64,000 nucleotides of DNA. It comes from Camelus ferus. Lineage: Eukaryota. Positions 40,443 through 53,098 of the stretch are shown here, in pieces. A model generated the notes under the pieces. It did not search any database. It was given only the letters and a program-made list of their open reading frames with translations, and was not told the DNA's origin. Made by a program: the position numbers and the translations under genes. The DNA lies in assembly GCF_009834535.1 (NCBI RefSeq), contig NC_045696.1, positions 97,528,001 through 97,592,000 of the forward strand, written 5' to 3'. Each line of letters begins with the position of its first letter. Within the stretch, counting starts at the first letter, position 1.

Positions 40443-40846
40443 GGCTTTAAGATTAGGCTTTTCTCATAAATTATTTGAACATCAGCATGGTCCATTTAAA
40501 CAATGATGAAAGTATGAGCTATTTAGGGGCTTTAGTGACCATTTAAAAGCTATGTCACGGTAATGATCAACCACTGTAGTTTAAGCTCTAAGATCTTGTG
40601 CTTTTTTATCTTTAAAGTCTGTAAGATTGAGCCAGGATGTTCCCAAGCTATTGGGACCCTACGCCTGCTGGAATTTCAGGGTTGTTCAAGGCTCAGAGTG
40701 AAATGAAGGAAGGAAGCTTGCGCTCCCAGAACCGTCTTCCCATCTCGAATGCCTCCATTCACATCCTTCCCTTAATCCACAGCCTTAGCTCATTCCAAAA
40801 ATCGTTAGCAAAAATAGATGCAAATGCTCACTTAAGAATATAAAAG

Positions 40847-40945
40847 GTTTTTTGGGGATGTTCAATCCCCAGTACCTCCATTAAAATCAATAAGTAAATA
40901 AACCCAATTTCCTCCCCCCAAAACAAAAACAACCAAAAAAAAAAA
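40847..40945 (+). mobile_element. Vic-1 SINE lacking most of its tRNA head
   Basis: gttcaatccccagtacctccattaaaatcaataagtaaataaacccaatttcctcccccc plus A tail; TSD aagaatataaaag at 40834-40846 and 40946-40958 at a TT|AAGA target. Confidence 0.88.
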
Positions 40946-41844
40946 AAGAATATAAAAGATTTTAAAGTATCCTTTTACACTGTGTCTTTGAGAATGAAAA
41001 ACTCTAACCGCACTTTGCCTTGAGGTTTCCTAACATTTCTTCTGAACCCTAAGTAGTTACATTTCTCTCCTGTGGGAAAACATCTCTATTGTTTCCTCAT
41101 CTCCCGTGCCCCCTACTTCAGTGCCTATAAAATGTACTTTTTTTCTGCTAGGATGTGGTTTGTGGTCGTTCATGGTGAATATGAAGATTAGATGTGGTCC
41201 AGGCTCAAAAGGAGTTAAAAATCTGGTAGAAATAAGGCCTACCACAACCAATAGTGTAAATCTTGGAGGTATAGTGCATCCCATCTCTCATATCTTGCTT
41301 ACATTTAAATTTTTTCTGTATTGGGGCATCCACTGCATACCATATGATTACAAGGCTGCTTGCTGGCTATATTGCCTTTAGGACTATTTCCCAGGCATTA
41401 TAAACATGCACGTCTTATTTCTCAAGTAGTTTAGAGGATCCTTAAAAGGTAGGCAAGGAACAAGATCTTGTAAAATTAAAAATCTACAAAAAAAACTGGT
41501 TTTGTATCCTGGTCATACTGCTTTGTTTTAAATACTAGTATAGAATGAAGAATCAGGGCATATATCAGTTTGGGCATATTGGGCTGGTTGTTAACTAGAG
41601 AAACATTAGATATTAAGTATGGGAAAGTTCTCAGGGGGAGAATTGACTTTGCAATTTCAAGAAAAGGAGAAATAGTCATGCCTGATCATTTTTGAGTTGC
41701 TTTTTTTGAAATATGCACCCATCTCTTAAAATACGTATCTTTTTGAGTTCAGGAATGTTGATTATTTAGAACCTGACCCTAGTTCTGTGTTTTACTGAGA
41801 TGATGTGATTTTTTTGCCAGCTCAGCAGGTGGAGGAGGGAGAGG

Positions 41845-42240
41845 CTTAAAACATCAATCATTAATTTTGCTCCCAAATCTGCAATTTGGACAGACTTGGC
41901 AGGGACAGCTTATATCTGCTCCACATAGTGTCCCTCAGAGTGGCTTGAGTGGGGTGAGAAGAACCCTCTTCAAGGCAGCTCACTTATATGACTAGCAAAT
42001 TGGTGTCGGTAGCAAATTGATGTTGGCTGTTAGCCGGATGCATCGCTTTCTCTCCACGAGGGTCTTTCTGTTGACTGCTTGAGCTTCCTTATGGCATGGT
42101 GGCTGGGTTGCTTGGCTGGGTTCTAAGAATGAGCGTTGCAAGAGACAGAAAGAGGAAGCTGTGAGCTTTTTTTTTTTTTTTTTTTTTTTTTGACTTGAGC
42201 CTGTAAACTGACACCATATTCTATTGGTCAAACAACTGAT
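41845..42240 (-). mobile_element. MaLR LTR (MLT1 family)
   Basis: aatctgcaatttggacagacttggcagggacagctt...ctgcttgagcttccttatggcatggtggctgggtt...ccatattctattggtcaaa. Confidence 0.8.
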
Positions 42241-44798
42241 CATGTGAATTTTTAAATACACAGTTTTGTGACTTATGGAAGCATTTTACTTCAGCTTCAT
42301 TTAATGGATCAAGTGGGTAACCTCAGAGTGATTCCTGCCTTGTGGAAGTGGCCTTCTTCCTACCAAGGAGGAGAGGAAAATGCTAGGTGCATGAGCAGAA
42401 AATGCTTATTGTGGTATCTGTCTTACTATTCCCGTGCAGGTGAACAGAGTGTCAGGAACAGAGGACTGGGTCTCAGCTTGACTTTCTTGGAGGGGTGAGG
42501 AAGGCACACTTGTGTTAGGATTGGGTGAAGTTGGCAGGCTTCTCTTTTCCCTTTGGGTCTCGTGACTTTATTAGTCAGCTAATACTTACATAGTGCGTAC
42601 TATGTGCCGGGTACTTTACCCCTGTTAGCTCAGTTGTATTTCCATAGAGGACTGTGTTACAGGCAGAGTCTCAGAGTACTGCTATTGATTCTTAATAACA
42701 GCATTATTTTTTGACATGATTATTATCAATAACCCCTTGCCTTATTTTATTACTCTGTATAACATATACCTTGCTGCTATGTAAAGATATCCTAGAGATA
42801 GTCCAAAAATCTTTGAAATTTTGAAAACACACCTAAATCCTTATGTTATTGTAGTTTCTCTTAACACTAGAATCAACATTATCTTGGTATACTTTAAAGT
42901 TAAGAAAAATATATGCGATTGAATGAGAATCTAAGGATTTTAGTTTGAGATGTTACCACACTGTCAGAGTTGGTCGGGTCTTCTCTTGATTAAGTCTTAT
43001 TTCCACTCAACACCATCTCGTAGTATTGAGAGGGAGCATAATGAACACCCGTGCGGGACTGTCCCCTCTTTTTAGTTGAGGTCAGTTGGCAGCCAGCATA
43101 CACTGTTTCTTTATTTTGGAAAGGTTTTGCTTGGGCAAAGACTCACTCTTTTAACCAAATCCTGCTTTTCATCTGTTTTTGATGGCAGTGGACCATATTT
43201 CCTAGCCATTTGCAAACACTGCCTGTCTGGCGGGATTTCCTGGACACAGAGCCCTTGACAACGACCATCACTGGCCAACTATTTTTTGAACTTCAGTGAT
43301 TAACCTGGTTATTTGTTCTGCATTTTCTGCCATGGGAACCAATAAGTTTATCCTTTCAAAATTAGCAAAGGGTCCAAGAATAATCCATTTACTAATTAGA
43401 CCCATTGTTTCCCCTAGCTTATTCACTTTGATGAATCAAATCTTCCTTCCACTATCCAGCTGTTCCTCTACAAGTCAGTACTATGCACAGTGATGTTGAT
43501 TTCTGAACAAGTTTCCCATGGTAGACTTTGGTCACTGCAATTTTGGAACCCTCACTTTGTAGACTGACGGAATCCAAACATGGCAGGACCGGAACATCAG
43601 TGGCATATGATTAAAAACTGGTTGGTCAATTAAAGATAATTTCATAGTGCAAATATCATTAAAATTGTTCTTGTGAGCAAATAGTAACTTTTTAAAGTCC
43701 ATATGTAATGAGTTATCCTCAATAATAGGGCAATCATTTTCTCACCCTATAAAAATAAGCACAGGGTGAAACTCGGTTGCTGCCTCTGGTCAGCTCAGCA
43801 GTGGTGCCAGTCCTCAAAATGGGGAACAAAGCCCTCTGGTAATGGAGAGCCACTGGGCTAGCACCCAGGAAAGAATGAACTCGTGCCCAAATCTGATTCT
43901 CCTTCCTCTGTAAGGGTGAGGTGAGATGGTCTGAGAGATGTGTGTGTTTCTAGTGCTTTTTGCTGTCGCCTAGAAATGTGGCAGAGTGAAGCAGAAGACA
44001 GATTGGCTAGGAAGTTAGATTACGTGGTCAAAGGTTTTTCCCCATTTTTTAACATCCAAAGTGTGCATGAAACGACACGTACCTTTTTGTCTCCTAGGAG
44101 TAAGCTCTGTGATCATACGCAAGGGAAGGAAAAAGGGGGCTTTGATTTAAAAAGATCTGTTTGACAGCAACTGTTCAGAAGCACAGCCCTTCTGTTAAGT
44201 GATGACTGTATCCATGTTGCTGGATACAATTAGTAATAAGACCATTTTTCCAGTGCAGTGAGCCCGCCTTTAAGATCTGGTCTTCTCGGTAGGCTACTTG
44301 TGGGAGGTTGTGTTTTATGTAACACAAGTAGCTCAAGAAACACAGGAGTCCTGTTGGGAACAGTTACTTACTCACTGTGGTAGATGTATGATTTATGGTG
44401 TTATAATCAGTGACAAGACCACTGCTAGAGAGATCTGGGGTGGATTCTGGATGAGTATTAAAGAATTCCTATATTTCAATTACCAGTCTGTTTACTCAGT
44501 TACACAAAGCTTGACGTGAGTGGGGCATGGTGATCTACATTTGGAACATCTTTGCAAAGCTCTTTTTTGAAAATAACACTGTGATCTGCGTTTGGAAGTG
44601 TAGCTGTTAGTCCTATAGAAACATCTGTTTAAATGTGTTTTTCCCCTTAGGGCTCAAATATGAAATATAATTTTAAATTAAAAATGCTAGGCCCTCCAGC
44701 TTTGATGCTTATAAATGTCACTAAAATATCAAGAAAATTATCGAACTTTTATTCATTTTTGTTTAATTAAAAAAAAGTCTAAGCAAGTAAGCCAACTT

Positions 44799-44932
44799 AA
44801 AAAATTTGTGTGTGTGTGTGGAGGGAGAGGTAATTATGTTTATTTATTTATTTTAATGGAGGTACTGGGGTTTCAACCCAGGACCTCATGCGTGCTAGGC
44901 ATGTACTGTACCACTGAGCTATCCCCTCCCCC
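44799..44932 (-). mobile_element. Vic-1 SINE with short (CA)n in its tail
   Basis: aatggaggtactggggtttcaacccaggacctcatgcgtgctaggcatgtactgtaccactgagctatcccctcccc; TSD agtaagc..actt at 44786-44798 and 44933-44945. Confidence 0.9.
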
Positions 44933-45439
44933 AGTAAGCTGACTTCTTGAATGTACAAAACTACAGGGACAATAGAGGCAAAAGTGTCGTGAGGCCTCAC
45001 CCCTCACCGAGAGGCTGGACCTACCACTGCAGGTCACCGTGATTAAAAACACTACCTATATTTATTTTGCTAAAAGAAGAATTCCTGAATGATTCTGCTC
45101 CTAGCAGTTTTCCCCTTTCAGTTGAGTTTTATTTCCTTGAAGAGGTTTAGGAAGAAAGCCTGCCAGTTGGAAGGTAAAAGAGAATAAAAATGTGGAAAAC
45201 ATAAATTTATCTAAATGCAGCTCTGTAGCACAGAGGCAGTAGCTAAAAGCAAGTGTTACTCTTCTTGAACCGAAGCCCGACTGCGGATGCCGTAATGGCT
45301 GTCAACTGCTCCTCTCCCCCTCGGTGCTCAGCGGTGGACTCACATTCCTCAGTGCGAGGGGAGTGCCGGCTCTGACCATTCTATTTTTCTTCTCTGCCCC
45401 CACCTTCACTCTGTCTCTCTGTCTCTGTTTCTCTTTTAA

Positions 45440-45600
45440 TATCTCACCAACGTCCCCAGCTGTGATTGGACCTATAAATGTTAATCTCCAAGTAGCGTCC
45501 CGGCCCAGGATGACCAATAGGAGACCAGAGCTTGCGGTCTCCATGGTGGCCACTTCCAACCCAGCAGGAGGCGATGTGCTAGGGGTGGGGAACCCACGGC
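45440..45600. promoter_or_regulatory. Candidate cis-element: two CCAAT boxes, TATAAA, CTCF-like motif
   Basis: ATTGG 45465-45469, TATAAA 45473-45478, CCAAT 45514-45518, CCAGCAGGAGGCG 45561-45573. Motif evidence only. Confidence 0.35.
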
Positions 45601-45774
45601 CTGCATTTGTTCAGAAAGTGATGTCTTACTCTGCACAGAGCCCACGGGGGAATTCTTGGACTCCACTGGGCTTAGTTCTTTAAAATATTTATTTTCTTTT
45701 CATTTTGGATTTAGATTCTTAAGATTCTGAGTATCTTCTTTTTTCTTCCAAGGGACACTAAGATTACAGAAAAT

Positions 45775-45960
45775 TTCAGGAGTGCTTGGCTTTGGTGCCA
45801 GGCAGACCTGGGTCCAAATTCCTACACTATGAGCTCTGGGGCTTCAGGCAAGTCTCTTAAACTTTTGGAACCTCAGTTTCCTCATTTATAGAATGGGGAT
45901 AATAATTTCTTTTTGCAGGATTGTTGTATTAAATGAGATAATGATGCCAGGAAAATTCTT
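45775..45960 (+). mobile_element. MIR SINE
   Basis: gacctgggtccaaattcc...ggcaagtctcttaa...cctcagtttcctcatttatagaatggggataataat...attaaatgagataatg. Confidence 0.88.
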
Positions 45961-46784
45961 GAGATTCTATCGGAAACCAACAGCTGGGTGGTAGCTAGTA
46001 CTAACAGCTTCAAGAAGGTACTCTCAGGTGTATTCTTGACTTTGGTGTTTTGCTGTGAGTTTTGCACTGTTAGTTCTAATATGCTGCTGAGAAACAAATG
46101 ATGCAAGGCATCTATTGGGAGAATTTGGTCCATTATAGATCAAGCACTAACACCTGTGTTCGGTGCAGCCACATGTTCAGGGACCCTCACTCTCTGCCTG
46201 AGATGGACCAACACCCGCCTGAAGGCATGCACCGTCTTAAATACAGATGCTGATTGTTTTTGATTAAACAAACACAGAAAAAGCTGTACCTACAATAACT
46301 TAATAAAGGGTGAGGGAGCTTATTTCTTCAGGAAAGATAATCACTCACTTTCCAAAAAGATTTGCAATGAAATTATTTTTCAAAGGGAGCTCTCTGTGTG
46401 TTTAAAATGTGTCTAAAATAAACCAAATGAAAAAGGATTTCAGCAGAACTTTCAAGGGCACAAAGTAAAGTGCTCTTATGTCCAAGGTTGCTTTAATTCC
46501 AAGCATCCTTCTCAGAGCAGTCTACAATTGTTCCCATCGCTTACTATTCTCTATTTTAAACTTAGCTTCAGAATGCTTATGCCGATGTTCATGAGTACAT
46601 CTTCTAATGCTATTTTAGTTTTTCTCTCTCCTTCTTAGTGGATCCTTGAGACATGAAGTAGTAGTCATTGTCGTCAGCACGTGACAGAGGGAAGGGTCAT
46701 TGAGTCTTTTTGATCCTCCGTTCCCTCATCAGCAAGACGCTAATATATCAGCATTGCTTACCTAACGGTAATTGTGAAGCCCAA

Positions 46785-47080
46785 TAATAATAACAAACAT
46801 TTATAAACAGTTACGATGTGCTGGGCACTATGCTAAGAGCTTTACATGCCTCAGTAACTTTAATTTCAAGATAACTTTATGGAGTGGGTCCTTTTGTCCT
46901 AATAATAATAATGATAGGTAATGCTGATTGATGGCTTTCTACCTTCCAGGCTTTGTTTTAAGGTCTTTGTATTTCATAGAGATTGGTGGGAAACTAAGGT
47001 ACAGAGTGATTAACTTGCCCAAGTTTATACAAACAAGTGTGGGAGCTAGGATTGGAACACAGCCTAACTCCAGACCTCTT
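46785..47080 (-). mobile_element. MIR fragments (tandem)
   Basis: aataataacaaacatttat...tgtgctgggcactatgctaagagctttaca; ggaaactaagg...taacttgcccaag. Confidence 0.75.
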
Positions 47081-47091
47081 TTTAGAAAATA

Positions 47092-47229
47092 TAATTAATT
47101 AATTAATTAATTAATCAATCAATTAAATTGAAGTATAGTCAGTTACAATGCATCAATTTCTGGTGTACAGCATAATGTCCCAGTCATGCATATATGTACA
47201 TATATTTGTTTTCATATTCTTTTTCATTG
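47092..47229 (-). mobile_element. Short L1 3' end nested in the tail of an older L1
   Basis: aattgaagtatagtcagttacaatgcatcaatttctggtgtacagcataatg...ttttcatattcttttt resembles the 3' end of the L1 at 35.5 kb. Confidence 0.8.
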
Positions 47230-47281
47230 ACACTATGAGCTCTGAGGCTTTAACAATAAAAAAAAATTTTATAATTAAGCC

Positions 47282-47591
47282 TTTTTTTGGTTTCATGGAG
47301 ATATAATTGGCGTATAACATTGTACAAGTTTAAGATGAATTACATGATGATTTGATACATGTGTATATTGCAAAATGAGTACCTCATTAGGTTTAGATAA
47401 CATCCATCACCTCACATAGTTACAGATTTTTTTCTTGTAATGAGACCTTTTAAGATCTCTCAGCAACTTTTAAATATACAATACAGTATCATTAACTGTA
47501 GTTTTGCTGTAAACAGTCAACCAAACTTATCTATCTTATAACTGGAAGTTATTCTTTTTGACTGCCTTCACTCATTTGCCATCCCCCACCC
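47282..47591 (-). mobile_element. L1MA-like 3' end
   Basis: gagatataattggcgtataacattgtacaagtttaag...aacatccatcacctcacatagttac...aaatatacaatacagtatcattaactgtag; TSD-like cca(g/a)acct(c/g)tt at 47070-47080 and 47592-47602. Confidence 0.82.
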
Positions 47592-47609
47592 CCAAACCTG
47601 TTAGCCACT

Positions 47610-47740
47610 ATTCCATATCTCCACTTTTCAAATAAAGAAACTGAGAAATACAGAGAGGCTGAATAACTTGCCCAAGGTCACACAGCTAGTCAGCGGCAGA
47701 TGTGGCCTTCAAACCAGGTGTTCCCTGACTCCACCACCCA
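47610..47740 (-). mobile_element. MIR SINE
   Basis: gaaactgagaaatacagagaggctgaataacttgcccaaggtcacacagctagt. Confidence 0.85.
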
Positions 47741-48479
47741 CACCGTTGTCTGTTGAACGATATGTTCTCTGGGGTCTGAGGCTGTGGGATTGGACGCTGC
47801 TCTGAGGGCTTTTTGGCCTCTGTTGTCATAATAGCAGAGAACATCCCTATTAAAGGCAGGTCCCGTCGAAGGCCCACAGCAGCAGAGCTATTGTCTTGGG
47901 TATTAAATCTGCAGCTTTTTGCTTCCTGTGGTCAGAGGGTCACAGAGAAGTGGGCTCTCCTTTTCTAGGTTAATTGGTGTTCTGGCATAGCAGTGGGTTC
48001 CGGAGTGATTTTCCTGGGACGGCTTGCTTGGGGTCCAGGAAGGGCATTAGAAGCGTCAGAGCTAATTCCCCAAAGGAGAATGGTCCAGAAAAAAAAAAAT
48101 GAGTTCCTGAAGGCCATTGTGTTATCAGTGGCAGCGTCTGAGAGAGCCGGACAGGAATACGAAGGCTTGTCTTTGGAAAATGGCCAAAGAACATTTAAGC
48201 TTCAGAACAGACTTTAGTATTTCTTTTTGGACACTTAACTATCCCTTCCCCTAATTATCGTTAAAACTGGAGTTGAGAAGGAAGTGTGCTGTTTGAGTTT
48301 ATTTACAAATAGTCAGAATTCTGGGTCCACTGAAATAAAGGTATCTCTCCAAACTCTACCAATTTATGGAGAACTTTGAAAATTAATTGGGGAGGAATTC
48401 TACTGAAATTTATTTTGACAACTTGAGACTAAAACACTTGGGGAGGTTTTATTGGTAAGAGAGAAGATATGTCACAAAA

Positions 48480-49088
48480 ACTTGCTATTTTTTGACAGTA
48501 TACAAAACTTCAAACATGCAAGTAGAGAGAATAGTATAATGACCCACCGTTCATATATATATATATATATATGTATAAAAACCCTGTGCCCCTAGAGTGA
48601 AGAACGGTTAACATTTGCTGTATTTGTTTCATATTTTTAACAGAAGTATTTTTAAGCAAATAATAGATATGATATTTTAAGTATGAATACTTGAATAATT
48701 ATCTCTAAAAATTAAGGATATTTTCCTACTTAACAGAATTGCCATTTTCAGGCCTAATACATTTAACAATGATTTTTTTTCATTTTGAGCATTTCCAAAT
48801 CAAAGAGGTGTTGAAAAAGAGTGTATTCCTCCTTCATCTGGTTTCAGCAATTCTTAACATTTCACCACATTTCTGTGTGTATATTCTTTTCTTTTTTTCA
48901 TTAAATCATTTGAAAGCAAGTTACAGGCAACATGAGATTTCCACGCTTGCATGCATCTCCTAAGAATGAGGACATCCTTTTACACAATAATAAATACCAT
49001 GATTACACCCAAGAAAAGTAACCTGAATTAAATAATACAACCTAATATTCCGCCCTTATTCAAATTCTCCTGGTTACAAAATGTCTTT

Positions 49089-49147
<59 letters not shown>

Positions 49148-49860
49148 CCACTCCAGGATCCAATCAGGGTTCAAGTATTACATTTAGTTTTTTCTCTCTT
49201 TTGATTCAGAAAAGTGCCTCTCCCTCTTACCATTTTGTTTCTTTTCACGTTAACTTTAAAAAAAAAAAAAACATTTGAGACCAATGTTCCACACGGGCTT
49301 CTTATGATTAAATGAGGTTAAAATTTTTGACAAAGATACAACATAAGTCATTTTGTGAATTTCTTACTGCATGACATCAAGACACAAACAATGCTTTCTT
49401 AATATCATCTAATACCTAGTGCATACCCAGACTTTCCCAATTCTCCCAGATTTTTTTTTAACATTGGTTTGTTCAAAGCAAATATTGTGCACCATTTTTA
49501 AAAAAAACAAAGTAGAAAAATAAACTAGTCTTAATTCTGTTTCTTGTAAACACGTGAGGTTAATGCTTATATTTCTGCTAGATGGTAACTACATCCCTTT
49601 TTCTTTTATAGAAATTACTTTAAAAAATTGAAATAACTTTTCGTTATTTTTAAAAATGAAATATAATTTTTGTAGTAAAGAACACAAACCTTAAGTATGC
49701 TGCTTGACGCATTTTCACAGATTGTACACATCTACACAAGCAGCTTCAAGAAACAGGACATTTCCAGCTCCAAGAAGTACCCCTCCTGTCCCCTTCTAGA
49801 CCCTTGTATGCCAAAGGTGCCCCTCTCCTGATGTCTAGTGTCCTGGGTCATTTGCCTGCT
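48480..49860 (-). mobile_element. Cluster of old L1 (L1MC/L1ME-like) 3' fragments
   Basis: agtagagagaatagtataatgaccc, catctcctaagaatgaggacatcctt, ccaggatccaatcagg, caagaaacaggacatttccagc are antisense L1M motifs. Confidence 0.65.
49092..49142. repeat. Perfect (GT)~25 microsatellite
   Basis: Directly visible. Confidence 0.97.
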
Positions 49861-52800
49861 CAAAATTACTTCAATTTCCCTAAAGGAGGGAGCACAAATT
49901 AGAGAAGCCCTAAAAGATATGTATATTTTGGTTAGGGATTATGAAAACCCACCTTCAATCAAAGACATGTTAAATAATATACTGTATATATTTTGACACA
50001 AAATAATTCCCACCACAACGTTTTGCATAATGCTTTCATTCAGTAGCTTCCCCTGCTTCTGGAGAAATGGGATTTAATCCAAAAACGCTAAAGGTTAAGT
50101 TATCAATAGAACTCAAAGGGCATTTTGTCTCCATTTGTATAAGTCATTAAATGTTTTTTAAGTCCACGCATATGTTAACAATGGAGGCAGTCAATTATAG
50201 GGGAGCTTAGCAAGGCATTCCTAGAGTTCTCCTCAGTGGTGAGCAGCATGGAAGCGAATTCGGGAAAAGAGCAACTCTTTTCAACTGAAGGAAATTATTT
50301 TAATTAGTAACTCTCAAAGGATAATAAACAGTCAAATAATTCTGAAATCTCTTGGCTTTGGGACAAGTAATTACAATGAACGTGCAGTTTAAAAAAAGGA
50401 AGCAAATGAGGCTGGGGGGCATGTATAATCAATTAAATGCAAGTAATTACATTACAAGGGCTTCATGACCATTTTATGGTACATTAACAGTGGGGGAAAG
50501 CATGCCTCCTGCATTCTAGTAAGAAAGCCGACAGATAGCACAGTGTCTGTACAAGTCTCTTGACCCAGAGTTGGTTTTCATGGACTTCCAGGCTGTTGGG
50601 CTTTGCAGCTGCTAATGGAGAACCTAATGAACTGGGCGGAGAGATGGAGGCCTGCTGATACGTTGTGTCTAGTGAAGCCTTAGATCACTGGTAAGCCCCA
50701 CGGAAGTCAGCTCACGTGGGTCCCGCATTCCGCATCTGGGTGGTATTGCTGTAGGTACCTAAGTGTGACTTTGCTCTGTGTGCCTGGAGTTTTTTAAGGG
50801 GCGGGATAGGGCTCTACCTTCTCTGGTGTGGTTTTCAATGTTGCATGCCCTAGTGACATGAACCGCGAATGGACTTGCTAAAGTTAGAAGCGAGATTGAA
50901 CAGCTGGGTTGATGGCCTAGTGCTGGGTTCCCACCAGTTGTTTCAAGAGGATGGAGAGGAGCCACCCACAGTGCTTTGCAGCAGCTGTGCCCCTGAGCCA
51001 AGGGAAGCTACGTTTGGAAAGCCCGCTAAGAATAGACAGACTGCCCTCAGGCTCCTGATTTTACCGTAAGGAGGAAGGTCAAAAGGCTTCTAGGTGTAAA
51101 CAGCTTAGATCAGTTTTTAAAAACATTAAGTTTAATTTCAAGTTTTTGTATATAGAAATGTATATATATACATAAACATATGGAAACTTGAAATAAATTT
51201 GCATTTGATACACACACACACATGCCTATATATGCCTCTCTCCATCCCTATCTCTATTAACTCTGCTTTGGATAAACTATGTCACTGGGATGCTTTGGAA
51301 TCACAGCTTCATAGCATCACACCCACATTTGCCCACTGGGTCTGGATGGGAACTGCCTGTAATTTTTTAGTTGTGGCTCGTTGGGTATAAAAATATTTCT
51401 ATAATGTCTGAAGCCTATTGTGTGTTCAGACAATGCTGCTGAATTGAATCTGAAGCTGTGCTTGGAATAAATACCACAAATGGTATATTCTAATTTCTAA
51501 AATGTACCCTACAGCATATTAATAAAGTGAAAAAAGATAACCCCTAAAATAAATTGGAGAAACGTTGGGTTAAGCTAATTTAAACACAGAGCCTTTTATA
51601 ATAATGGCTAATATATTGTATACATTTTAGGAGGGGAAATTAACATTCTGTGTTTCCCAAACTTATTTGATAACAAAACTTTTTTTAGGTGTAGGCTTGG
51701 GCGATTATCTTTTTGGACTAACATCCCATAGAACATATTTGAGCTTACCCTGCCCGGAGCTGCATCTCCTCACAGCCAGTGTGACTGAGCCCAAAAGCCT
51801 TTGTCACCTGAGAAGCAGCTTTTAGGTTGAAATGTCACATGAGGTCCATCCATGCCGTGATGCTGTTGGCAGACTCAGAAGTATCCACCTCATTAGCTCA
51901 CAGTGACTTAGGATTGGTTACCACCTCCACCCTGTACCCCCAGCTAAGGGCACACTTTCACTTTCATCTTTTTGTAAAAATAGTTATCAGTATTATGGGA
52001 ATTTTCCAGACCAAAACTTAATTTCCTGGCTTATCTTAGTGTCCTTTTGTAGGACCATGTTGACAAAAATTTAATGTTCAAGGAACATTTTGGAGCAAAC
52101 TAAGAAAATACAGATCATTTATTTAGATATTCATATAAAGTCAAGTTTCTGTCATTTTCCTCTTGATTTCATTTCAATGTAGTAATAGGCTTCTACCCTC
52201 TTCTCACTTTAGGCAACGCATGATAACTAACGTGTACATATTCCTGCACTTTGTACTAACATCGTACTTATTATGTGTCTGAATATGCACATGTGAACCT
52301 TTTCTCAACAAGTGGTTTTAAATGAATGCAAATCCTAACCTAGGTTTCTTCTAGTACAACTATTTTCATTTCAGAGCACATCACAGAAATGTACTTTGTG
52401 TGAAGGTTAAAAAGGTAAAATGTTATAAAAAGCTAAAAGGGGGTAATTTAGGAAAATTAGAATGATCACCAATACTTTTTTTTTCCCCTTTGGAAAAAAT
52501 AAAATAGGAAAGATGAATCCACATGTTGAGAATAGTTACAGTCAACGATGAAAGCTAGTAACCTCACATTATAGGATGAACACATTTATGGAACTCCAAC
52601 CTTACTTGAATATTTTTCCTAGCCATCAACATTAACAAAAACTAAAGACACATCAGGCTGAAACGGCTGTCGTCAGGGTCAGGTTTCTGAAAGAGCCAGC
52701 TTTCCCGGAGGCTGAGCCTTTGACGTCACCACCCACGTCGCCTGGCTCTCCTGTCCTGCTCAATGCAGGCTACCTTGGGGTCTCCAAATCCATCTTCAGA

Positions 52801-53098
52801 GTCCTTTCAACTCTTCCTCTGAGGTCATAACGGAGAGCTTGGCTTTGTATTTGGTTTATGTTTGTTAAAGTCGTATTTGTATCTCTTCCTCTTCTTCCTC
52901 TCTGGCGTTGACTACAGGATCACATGTGGCTAATTTGTGTTACTGTCACGGGAGTCCCTTTTCTTGACAGGATGGGCCTGATTAAAACCAGGCCAGTTAA
53001 AAGGTCAGCTTTACAGGCAAGTTTACATACTACGGGACTCAGGGGCTTCAGGAGGGATGAGGAGGGTGGTGGTGTGTTACTGAAGCAAGATGGGAGAA

